From Botryllus schlosseri (taxonomy: Eukaryota), in NCBI GenBank assembly GCA_051294905.1, contig CM119371.1:14386001-14450000 (forward strand): a stretch of DNA of 64,000 nt, given 5' to 3'. Positions 14,101-26,100 of the stretch are shown piece after piece. Made by a program: the position numbers and the translations under genes. Numbering within the stretch: the first letter of the stretch is position 1; each line of letters opens with the position of its first letter. The notes beneath the pieces are model-generated. The model worked only from the letters and a program-made list of their open reading frames with translations. It made no database searches and had not been told where the DNA came from.

Positions 14101-17100
14101 CCACTTGTTGACCAAGTCCGCTTCACCGCGTTTACCGCACACGTCCGAAAACAACTCGCAAAATTTGGCCACCAAATTTGGCCATCCGAACCCGCCAAAG
14201 CTGACAGTCGTTTTTTTAGCAGTGTTCCAAGCCTCGTAAACAAAGCTTCCAAACTCATCCTTCTCGATGATGAAGGAAGTAAAATGGCTGAGCTTCGACA
14301 CAGGCTGGATTGCAAAAGCCATACTGTGGTCCCGTAGCGGGAATAAAGCGACGAAGAGTGGCGACAACCAGCACAGCAGCAGCACTCCGGCAACGACGTA
14401 TCTGACTTTGACCCTTTGGGACTTGAATGGGCTTCGTATGCCAAAGAAGCGGTATGATGCCATCATAACCATGATCATAACTGCGGCTTGGCTTGACAGC
14501 ATCGCAAGCGCGCCTATTCCAGAACATAGCGAATTAGACCTCCACTCTTGCCACTTAGCGCAGTAAATGCCTTTGTACTGAAAGTATAGTAGTAATTCGT
14601 TATTGTCCGGTTTCGGTCAAAGTCTCGGGAATTTGTACCCGATTGATGAACCCCATTATGCGAAGGAGGTTTCCACGAATGGATCATGTGGAGCAAGTCA
14701 ACTTACCGCATGGTTCGAAGGCCGCGATATAGGCGATGAATTACCTAAAGGGTGACGAAGCCCCGAAGGATCCGCCGCGAATTATGGGTTAAGCTTTGCC
14801 CATGCTTTTGCAGAACCAAATCGAATGAGGCATGCTTAGGACTAGGGATGGTGTGAACCTATGAAAGGTTCAGGTTCGTGTGAACGCGAACCTTTTTGAA
14901 AGGTTCAATGTGAACGCGAACGTGAACCTCATGACGTCACGTGACTTCTTAATGCTTATTCCAACCCCAAATTTCGGTGAAATGATAGCCTACATTAGCG
15001 ACGACTCGACCAAATCATAACATGATGCTGAAGTACATATTGACGTTTTAAACGTCGCCAAATGTATCAACTAGGGCATTCAAATGATATAATAATCCCA
15101 GAAGATCACTATCTTCCGTCGCTTGCCAACAATTTCGATGAGAACTTACCAGGGAATATATAAACTTACGCCTTAACGGTCTAGTGAAAACCGGACAATG
15201 TATTCGGCCTCTGAGTATTGATACGCTGATATTGAGCAGAGGGAAAACGGGTTTCTATACTTGCTACCGATATTAGCCCATTCACAAGTTATTCAGCGGT
15301 AGCCAACACCCCGATCGCACGGATTTGGTTTTTATGATACAATAAACATATGATATCAAGATTAACACCCTGCTAGATTTTTACATCAGACAACGATATC
15401 AATTTCATTGATTGGTTGAATAGGCATCATTCGCTGACTAGGCCTACATGTAGTATATTTCGCTCTTGATATTGCGTGATTGCGGGTTAAGCTCACATCA
15501 GAGAGTCGCTAAATATTCACAAACGGAAAGCTGGATATTTCGAGCAAACTTTTCTAACAACAACGTTAAAATTCTTCAGACTGTCAAGGTGCATGCTCGT
15601 TTAGTGTTGATTTTTTAATGCTGCCAGCGCCATGCAAAGAGTGGCCCTCAGTTGAAATGCAATAAATTTCAACCAAAGATGTTATAATGAAGTGAAAATT
15701 GTAATATATGAAAAAGGCTCACAGTGCAGAACCTACCAAGGTTCGTTTGTGAACGTGAACCTCTAAATTTCTGAGGCTCACACACAGAACGTGAACGTGA
15801 ACCTCACGTTCACACCATCCCTACTTGGGACTATGGCAGGAGTCGGCAAACCCTGGCACGCGTGCCAATTGTGGCACGCGAGATGATTTTTCATGGCACG
15901 TCAAATGAATTGACACACACAACATGTTATAATCATGTTTTGTGACAAAAAGACAAACAGAAATGTTCAAAATGGAAAAAGTTCGACGGTGACCAAAATT
16001 ATTTCGTAAATCAATATAAAGTAGAGTTTTTAGAGGCAGAATATATTTATCTTGGAAAATGTTCTCAGCGCTTCGCGCGATTTAATGGGACCGGCTTAAA
16101 TTTCAATGTGTATACCCAAAAACTACATCGAAAAAATACAAAATATGCTTAATATACAGCAATGACTTAAACGTATTAGCAATTATGAGAGAACGGCATG
16201 CTAATGTTGTATGCGAATGTGGGGATGCTTCATTCTATGGGGTCCGCTCTCTGTGCAGCCTGTGGGAGCGCGACTATTAGGCACCGGCACTTCGGCGCTG
16301 GGTATTTCTGAGCTAAGGAGACACCAACATATATAACGTTTCGGAAAACTTGCGACTCCGACTGCCGCATGTAGGCCGACACGTTCGATATTGATATGTC
16401 CAGGGCGTCGAAATGACCTGGGTCGAATATTCCTGTACCCGCAGCCCGAGTCGCACGGTGCAAATGAGACGCACAGATAAAAATAATGAGCCCAGCGACG
16501 AAATGCAACATGCGCGTTCGTCTCACGAAATGAGATTTTATTCAATAGTGTCGTTCGATACGTGTAAGTGATTCCAATAAATTTTGAACAGCGACAATCT
16601 TTACCGCGATCTTTAGAGCTTTATAGACAAACCTATGAGTCAAACCTACTTATGATACAGGGTTGGGTACATTTTTTATGATCAAGCCATATACCGTCGT
16701 ATCAACATTGATGCGCGTGTCGCTATTGGCTATGGAACCAAACACAGAAACTACGAAAGCAAACGCAGTAGATAGCCCTTGGGTGGCGCGATTAAAGTAT
16801 TTTTGCAATAAATTAAGCAAATAATATGTGCATTAACTGATAGATGTTGTGCGGTAGCGACAATGATTTATACTTTTCACGACTCATACTTTAAGAACCA
16901 CTGGCGTAACTGATGCCGTTGCCAGCTTCATTGCTTGAAACGATAAATAAAACAAAACTAAAAATGTTTGGCAGGCCAGTTGGGAATATTTTCGAAATTG
17001 ACATATTTCGGCACGCTGCCCACGAAAGATTGCCGGCCCCTTATATATATATCGACTTTCAATTAAATAAAAGGGCAAAAGAAAACAGGAAACAAAAGAA

Positions 17101-20100
17101 CATCAAGATAATCAGTTTTCGGCCCTTGTTAAGCGCCTCCAACGTGGGCGGTCGTGGGCGTCTTCGAGCGATAGCCCGCGTTGCGCTAGCTCGGTCTCTA
17201 TTGTCGAGCGCCATGTGGTTCTATTCCAGCCACCTCTGCGCCATGGCTCCTGAACTATGGCATTCGCTTGGTCTGTTAGGAGGGCCTGTGACCGAATTAG
17301 TACAGCACTGTGGACTGCGCTAGGCATTTATAAGCAATACACCTTTGAAATAGAAGTAACGCCTTTTTTGCACAATTACAAGTATAAGTAGCGATTACCA
17401 AGACATGCGAAAACTCATATCTAATGTTGTACAAGTTTTATGGTCTAAGTTTCCATTTAATTAACTACCGCAGTAACCGATGGTAAGCTAGTTTCCAAAC
17501 CTGACCGCGATATCTGTGGTTTAACATCAACACTCCTTGCCTACCTGTTAGTCACCCAAGCCAGAACTATACAGGGAAACGCAATGTCAGGTTAATTTTC
17601 GTACATGCATGGTTTGGCAAATATTACGTACAATAAACGATTGCTTTGGTGCGAGCGCTATTCAGATTTATGCCCTTCGCGACCCATGTTTTGAGAACTA
17701 CTGTATATGCTCCATTTCTATAATATACTATGGTCATGGTCAATGTGGATGTTCAGCAAGTACGGCACATTTTGCCATGCTGCTATATCTCAAAACGCGG
17801 AGCTAATCAACAGATTTTAGGATGATATTCGGCACAGCAACCCCCAAATTAGTCAACATTGGCCTCATCCGTTTCAGAAGAAAATGGGCTGTTGATCAGT
17901 GTACGAGCACGAGTGAGTTGAGATAAACTTCGATGGGTATAAAGATGTGATTGATACGTAAAATCAGCAACTAAGTGCTTCTCAGTTGTACTCACTTCGA
18001 TAGCTTTGATTCCCAGTGTCAAAAGATAAATTCCCATGAGGAAATCGGCTATCGCCAGATTTAGAACCAGGATTTTGTTGCAAATACCGACCCTCGGCCG
18101 GTTTGTTGTTATCGTGCCGCGCCGGTGATCGATGCGCAGTTCTATTGAGCATGCACGTATCACAATCGTATTGCCCAGAATCGCCATCAACGCTAACACC
18201 CATGTGCCGACGAGGAAGAATGAATTCTTCATCATGTTTTGACCTGTTTAATAAACATGGTACAAATGTAAATATCAAGCATTTCAGAAAAGAGCTGACA
18301 TCTCTTCATGATAATTCAAAGTATGTAATAAGGAAAATGACCTGGAATTATTATCAGATGTGGTCTGTAACTAATTACTACTATACTACCTTTTCGGAGT
18401 TTTCAAGTTTGTTTTGCCTACTCGAACTTCGTACTCAAGTGGTTATGTTTTCACCCTACTCCTAATTTTACTTTACTGCTTTCTGAGCAATTAGGATTTT
18501 TGATTTTCGGATTTGGCATTTGTGAAGCAGACAGTGATTTTTTAGACACGACCCCTTTATGATAGTGAAAATTTTCGCGCCGCTCTCATCGTCATATCAC
18601 AAAATGTAACCGGAATGTTAGCAATCCCAATGGGTAGTTTGATGGCACGGACGGTCATGACTAGGCAAGTGTTTGTTGCACTAAATCGCGAGAAAGTTGC
18701 GCTTAATTTTAACAAAAGTTGCATTTATAATTATTTTAAATCATCAGGGTATGAGGTACTCATAAGGTTTCGTTGTATTACCTAACAGTTTAAGATTTGC
18801 ATGGTGTCTGCTTGCTCCGTTTCTTTCTTCGCTATGCAATCGACCATACATACATTTTATGTTCGTTAGGTTTGAAACCTACATGAAAGCATTTCGCTAT
18901 CAGCTGCAGAGCAGTTAAGTTTGGCACTTCCCCATTTCCTGGGCCTGGCGAGACGGCAAGAAAATGACGCAAAGGTCATCGAACTTGCCCCAACGGATTG
19001 CAACAAAACTCAGTATTAGCGATTTTAACAAAATGAATAGCCTGAAAAGGTGACTCAGTGATAATCGAATTTTCGGCGGTCTCGACTGGCGTCCACCAAA
19101 TGGGGAAGGAGCTCAAATTTAAACGACTGTGAACCAATCAAGCGATCTATTTACAATGTAAATTTTACATACATATAGTTCAGGAACTTTGGTGCTTGGC
19201 TGGGGTTGTTGAACTTCTAGATTGCACGCCATTGCGTCATAGATAGATATTATTGGGATACAACTAATCAATCAAATAGACAGTGACGTGCGGTCCAATG
19301 AGGCAGGTCAGGCAGTGCCTCACCTGTCGTCTGGGTGAGTAAGTGAAAATCGTGAAAACGCTCGATGAGTCGATGATTTATTGATGTTTTACATCGATGT
19401 TCTTAAATAACTAAATTTGACCATTTTTATCACCCAACATCATCAAATCTGCATAATTATTATTCAAAAACACAGCGCCAAACGTAAGGTGAGGCACAGG
19501 TGAGGCACGGGCGGGTCGTGCCTCACCTACGACTATGCAATTCATCATAAATAGCTCGGTATTAATACCAACTGGTATCAATCATAGGCTATCTTCACAC
19601 TGATTCCGAAAATCCAAATATTAACAGTGTCAGACCACCAGAACCCCCTCAAAATCGCCAATGAAGATGACATTCGGCTTTATTACAGACAATGCCATCG
19701 TAAAGAAACAATGGCCAGGTGAGGCACAAACGAATCTGCCTCATGCACTATTCGCTAACAATTGGACAATCGAAGCGCAGTGAAACGCGCTATCGGTTCC
19801 GGAATCCAACAGTCTTGTAACTAGGAATTATATAGTAGCGACGGCAAATACGCAATGCGGAGCCAATACATTGCTTTACTCATGTAGCTGTTATATATTT
19901 TCCATCCATAGCTACGTTAAATTGTGGTATGTGATAGCTCCTTGCATAAGCTACATTGTCGTTGTTTGTGTCCTTTATTCTGTGTTCGACTGCATATAAC
20001 CCCTATTTGTGGTATGTGATAGCTATGCTTACATAGCCTGCGTTGTCGTTGTTTGGTCAGTGGTGCCACTCCTAGTGTATTTTAACTTGGCCTAGTACAT

Positions 20101-23100
20101 TTTCCATCGAAATTCGGCAAATCTAGTGTTTTTTTACACCTTTGTTGCCTTTAAAAATGAGCGAGAGTGTAATAATTTCTTCGAAAAATTGAATTGTCTC
20201 CATCCATCTCTACAATTTACCGTGGAAAAGGAAACTGATGCTGCCCTTCCCTTTTTAGACGTCTTAGTAGAGAGATCAGGACAAACGTTTTTAACGTCGG
20301 TGTACAGAAAACCTACTTTCACTGGTCATTATATTCGTTAGGATTCATTCTGCCCGAAGCGGCGTAAATTAAACCTCATTTCATCTCTCGTTAATCGCGC
20401 CTTGCGCCTCTGCTCACCGGAAAAACTGTCACGCGAATTGGATGATATCCACTTGATTCTCTCCAAAAATGGTATCCGGACCACATATTAAAATGCTCCA
20501 TCTCTAGGGTATTGAAAAAGTCGGATACAGCTCCAAAGTATGGCCCAGAAAAATGCCCGGCATTTTTACACCTACATTGGCTAGGTAACGTGTAGGGCCA
20601 TTATTATATGACCTTAAAAAATCAATTATATGACTTTATTTTTTGGAAAATATGACTTTATATGACTTTATGTTAAAATCGTGTATTTTTACATGTAACC
20701 AACTCATGGAACTGACAAGTAAAACATACACAACATAACAGTTGCAGAGAATGCTTGTTGCAGAGCTGAGGAGCGGATCGTTCTTGCTTCAATCCATTTC
20801 TTATGCTTGAGTGTTGCAAGATGCTGTTCAACAAAAAAACGTTTCTCATGCTTCACAATGCAACTGCATACCTGACAGGACACTTTCTCTGTAGGGGAGA
20901 TTTTGAAGTCCCTAAAATTCATTTACAATAGCTTTGACTTTCGTTACATTAGATTCTCTATCTTTTGGCATGCTGAACCAGATATTCTTTCTGTGTCTAA
21001 GTCTCTTATGAATAAACTTGAATGGAACTTGTTAAATTCTTCAGTTTGCTACTAGTTGTAATGTATTTCTACATAAGTATTAAGTAGACCAAGACTGAGC
21101 TTTTTAGCTTGCCTGCCCACTGACTGAACTTCAAATGACGTCCCACTTCAGTGCACAGAAGTAAAATGAATTTTGTAGCAACATGATGCAATATCTGACC
21201 ACATAACGCAATGTGTGACCTCATAGGTCTGTGGCTGTAATGTTATGTAGGCTAACCTTATAGTTTGCCTTACTTACTTAGTGCTTAATGGCTTCACAGC
21301 TTAAATTGGCACTTATGATTTAAAGTATACATCAATATGACTTTATAACTCAAATATGACCTAACCAGGAAAATATGACTTTATATGACTTTATAACTTT
21401 CTTAATATACCCCATAGGGATGCGGTTTTTACGTTAAAATTGATTGCACGACTTACTTATGCATATAAAAAAAATATGACTTTAATGACTTTAAATGGCC
21501 CTAGTAACGTGTCTAGCCGATTTGAAAAGCTTATTAAATCGGCTGTTCACCGTTGCTATTACAGCGTTAACACGCATGTAGTGTACACGACGAAACCCTT
21601 GTTACCCAACTCTCGAAAAGATGTACTTCCTGCCTTTGATGCAAGTAATGTTGTATACCAATACAAGTGCCACTGTGATAGTAGGTATGTAGGACGTATA
21701 TCTCAAAGATTGTTTGAGCGTATTAAGCAGCATATCCCAAAATTGATTCGGTCAAAAACATGCGCAAATGATCGCACGGAGCTCGCACGTCAGTGCAAAT
21801 TGGCTGCAAAAACAGACTGCTATGATGATTACCAAGCATATGCTTCGTCAATCGGTCAGCATCTGAGCGAAAACCTTGCCTGTGCACAGCACTATGATGA
21901 CAATATGTTCACTGTCATTGCGCGTGGTAGGTCTGTGTTTCATTTAAAAGTGTTGGAGTCTACTATTATTCAGTTGAGCAAACCTATTTTATGCAGACAG
22001 AAAGATTTCCTCTATAACCTACAAATTTCTCATTAGTGCGTGTTGTTCCGTGCGTGTAATTGTTTATTTACAAATTGTGCTGCTACTATAGTACCGTATG
22101 TCCGTATACTTCGTAGTTTGTTATTGTTGCCATTGATACAATGCGAATTTCATGGTCTGTAATTTTGATTGTTGCGTCATACTTTGCCTTTTTGGTTTTG
22201 CTTTTAAATCTGTTAAATCCCTTCAGTGTGCCGATAACTCTTGAAAAGAGGCACCCGAAAAGTCTTCGAGTTTAATAAATATACTGCTACAATGGATGTT
22301 GTATTGAAAGCTATATTCAAGTTCTGTACCACGAACCAGCTATTTATGTTTTTTTACTGAAAAAATTTGTAATTGAGGATGCTATTTTCATGTGCCTCGA
22401 ATAATTTATACCGGTACTTGAAGAGATAGTAATTACTATCTGTCTAAACTTGCCCATTTAGCACAAATAGCGACCAGTCCTACATATATTGTAAAATATG
22501 GAATTGCAACGGCTATTAGTGTGCACAGAAAATGCTCACTATGCGCGCTGCTATTGTTGCGTGCGTACGTGTTTGTGTGTGTGCTTGTATGTTGGGGGGG
22601 GGGCGTGCCTCACCAGCCATGAACCTCACCGCACGTCACTGCAAATAGAGAACCATACTGGAAATAGTCTTATAGCATGTTTTTGAAATCGCTCATTTAA
22701 TTTTGCGCGATATTGTCAAGTTGCTGTAAAAAGAAGCACGACAAAAATGCAAAAGTTGCAACATAAAATCCCTTCAAACACATAACATCATACTACATAA
22801 ATTGTGAGTATTTAGGTAGCTTCCGGAAGCTGTAAAAAAGTTGCGAAAGTTGCAAAAACTTGATCTAATTGTGACTGTTGATGAGAGAATTATCTAATAT
22901 GAAATTAGGACTATACATTAGGGTTGTGAAAGAAACCGTCGTGGCCTGCATGTCTGTTTTGACTGAGGGAAAGCACAGAACACGCGCAGAATTATTGCAA
23001 AGGCGCTTATGCAAGTGGCGAACGAATGTCTTGTTTCAGTAGGGATGCATCATTATTGAATACAAATATAAAGCTTAGCAATGACACTACATTGTCTGAT

Positions 23101-26100
23101 CTTATTAGGTTCCAGTCGTGGCATATAATTAAAGTCTAGAATGCCCTAAGAATTGGCTGAATCAGCCGTTTATGCTGGGGACCTACAGCAAACTGAATTC
23201 ACTCGTAAGTGAGCACTGTCAAAGTCGTCAATAATGCCGCACAAAGATGGTATGAACATTAAAAAAACAGTTTGCTTGTATAGCTTAGCCTTAGAGAATC
23301 GCAGGCATGACAGAGGTGAAACGGCGAATGATTGTGCAGTTTTAGATTTAAATATATATCCGAGAAATACCTAGTTATGGTTGCAATTACGTCAGTGCTC
23401 CTACTTTTCTGGGCGTAAGTAAAGTATATTAGTAATCGCAAACTGGTACAGCACACCATGCGTGAGATGGATGCCGCACAAAATCTTATCTGCTCAGATG
23501 TTATATGGGCCGACCAGATAGCTTATATAATGGAACCCCGAAGAACTGTAACTATCGCACTGCTTCAATGCATTTTAAGCTCGTTCAGTATCTATGTCTG
23601 GCTTGATTCCAGCATTTGTAGTGTTCCAGCCGGTAATGATTCAAGATTCATTCAGGACATGCTGAGATATACCAGCAAACTATCTGTTTGCTGTTCATAC
23701 CAGCATAGTCTATGCTTACCTTTACACCTCTTACTATGGCATCATTGACGACTTTGACAGCACTTACGAGTGAATATATTTTGCTGTACGAGTTCAATAA
23801 GTCCGCAGCATAAACGGCTGATTCAGTCAATCTTTAGAGCAGAGGTCTCAAACTCAAATGTGCTCGCGGGCCATTTTTCCAGTTTTGACGGCGCCGCGGG
23901 CCGGAGAATTTATAGGGGTATTCTATGTCTTTCCAAGTAGGCCTTATTTGGTGGGAATGAATTGTCCCATTGAAAGTGAGCCAATCCAGCAGACTGGCAG
24001 CAATCACACATCGTCAGAATGTGATTTACTCTTGTATCAATTTACACCTGGCACGAAAAGAATCATCACATTTATACCTATTTGAATAGAATTGTTGTTG
24101 TACTTGATATACATTAATTATAAAATATAGACACCATATGGGTGGACAAATGTCTGATGCCATCATAAAAGCTATCGGATTATAATTTTGCAGCTACTAT
24201 GAATATTTTGAATTTAACAGATTGATAAAACAGAGTGATCTGATATCAAAACATTTTTAGGTTGAGCATTGTAATTCCAATCCAGGATTCGGGTATACTT
24301 CTGATAAGCATATGACGGCATTCCGAATCACTCCGAGTCCACTCGAGTCATTTTCATTTTGCCATCGAGTTAGCCCGAGTCTGAGTAATTCTAAGAAAGC
24401 TCGCGTCCGAGTACAACTCACAAATTTCAGTCACGAATCGTCTAAGGGTCAGGTTTTGTCATCATGAATTGGAAATGTGACGAAATAGTGAATCTTCCAC
24501 TGCATGGTAGCGTTTGCATCTGATTTGATAGTGAAATTTGATGAATACTTTCAGGCTTTCGGAGCAATTTAAGAGGGAATTTTCGCTTTATAACCTGAAA
24601 ATATATATATGTGACACTTATATATTGTCAAAATAATAAAAATCTAAAAATGTCGTCGCGGGCCGCACAAAATGCTCTGGCGGGCCGCGTGTTTGAGACC
24701 TCTGCTTTAGAGCATTCAAGACTTCAGTTATATAGCACGACAGGAGCCTAATAAGATCAGACGAAGTAGTGTCATTGTTAAGCTTTATATTTGTATTCAA
24801 TGATGATGCATCCAGGGTCTACGATACCTTCTGACACAAGAAATTCGTTCGCCGCTTGCATAAGAGCCTTTGCAATATTTCTCAGCGCGTTCTGTGCTTT
24901 CGATTACCAGTGAACTCGGAACTTGGTGAACTCGGCCCTCGGGAAATTTTGTATTCAAGTGTAATAACAACTATTAATATGAATTGATAAACTAGTAATA
25001 TTATTATCGAGTGATTTGTCGATGTTGTACGGGGGTCAGGGCATGCGTAGATTACGCTGTCACAGCGTGATTAGATCACAGATCGCGTAACCGCGGAAAA
25101 TAACGATACCCTCATCACTTGGTGAATTCGCCTTTGGAAGAATTGGCACTTGAACATTTTCGCATTAGAAATGCATTTACTATGAATGAACATTCTCAAT
25201 TAGGAGATCTCGTAGATTGGTAGATCTCGTAATCTTGGGATCCTTCAACCCTATTATAGGCATACCCTAACTCACCCTAAACCTAATATCCTCACATCCA
25301 ACTTTAATAGACCCTCTCCAAACTATAATCTTTGGATACCCATACCCTAACTCCATCTTTGACCCTAACCCACCTCCAATCCTGATATCCCCCTCCCTCA
25401 ACCCTTATACCCCTCCCTTAATCTTGGGACACCCTAACCGTAACTTTAATCCTAACCCATCTCAATCCCTAATACCCCCTCCCCAACCCTAATATCCCCC
25501 TCCTTCAACCCTAGTACCTCTCCCCTAATCTCGGGATACCATAACCCACATTCCCCCCTAATACCCCCCTCCCAAACCCTAATATACCCCTCCCCAACCT
25601 TGATTTCCGTATCTCCAAAGGCAATAAATAATTTGTTTTGACCTGATCATGGAAAACATTTGTGGATGAGGAACACTGTCGTGATGGTAAAACGAAGAAG
25701 CGCCGCTTGATCTTCCAAAGCTCCGATCTCACATTACTCGCATACAACGCCAAGATCCATCTTCTCAAAACTCACACGCCCGTCACACACGCCATCAAAT
25801 TACCAATGCCAAGCAGACCGCGCGTGGCCGATACATGAGCGTTGCGTTATTTCCCGCGGCTACGCAATCCGTGATCTCTAATCACGCCGTTATTAGTTTA
25901 ATATTTCATATTAATAGCTGTTATTACACTTTATTACAAAATTTCCCGAAGGGCCGAATTCACCGAGGGCCGAGTTCACCAAGCGCCGAATTCACCAAGA
26001 GCCGAGTTGACCAAGTGCCGAGTTCACCGCCAACCGGTCAAAACAGACATGTGGGCTACTGCGGTTCCTTCACAATAAGCTAATCATGCTTCAAGTTTAT

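Larger units (their letters stand above)
20138..22346 (+). mobile_element. 5'-truncated Penelope-like retroelement (RT C-terminus + GIY-YIG endonuclease), degenerate
   Basis: FTVEKE...LPFLDVLV...VYRKPTFTG (RT thumb) and NVVYQYKC.C...YVGR.SQRL..RI.QH...LESTII (GIY-YIG), with a stop and a frameshift; flanked by direct repeat TGTTTTTTTAC (20127-20137, 22347-22357). Confidence 0.9.
19281..22641. mobile_element. hAT MITE (Tip100-like) hosting a Penelope insertion
   Basis: TIR CAGTGACGTGCGGT / ACCGCACGTCACTG; TSD CAAATAGA (19273-19280, 22642-22649); GAGGCA subterminal repeats. Confidence 0.9.
22921..26075. mobile_element. Old long-TIR DNA element disrupted by two younger insertions
   Basis: 22921-23045 is the reverse complement of 24827-24900 + 26037-26075, which are split by the 24902-26035 element. 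Confidence 0.65.

Noticed and set aside
16201..16545. GC-richer ORFs of 98-114 aa
   Set aside because: They lie inside a MITE with local inverted repeats, with no motif or compatible splice sites for the host gene.
23458..23830. Possible second hATm-like transposase remnant (SIYVWL...PAGNDSRFIQDMLRY)
   Set aside because: Too degenerate to assign without a search; covered only as the interior of the 22921-26075 element.
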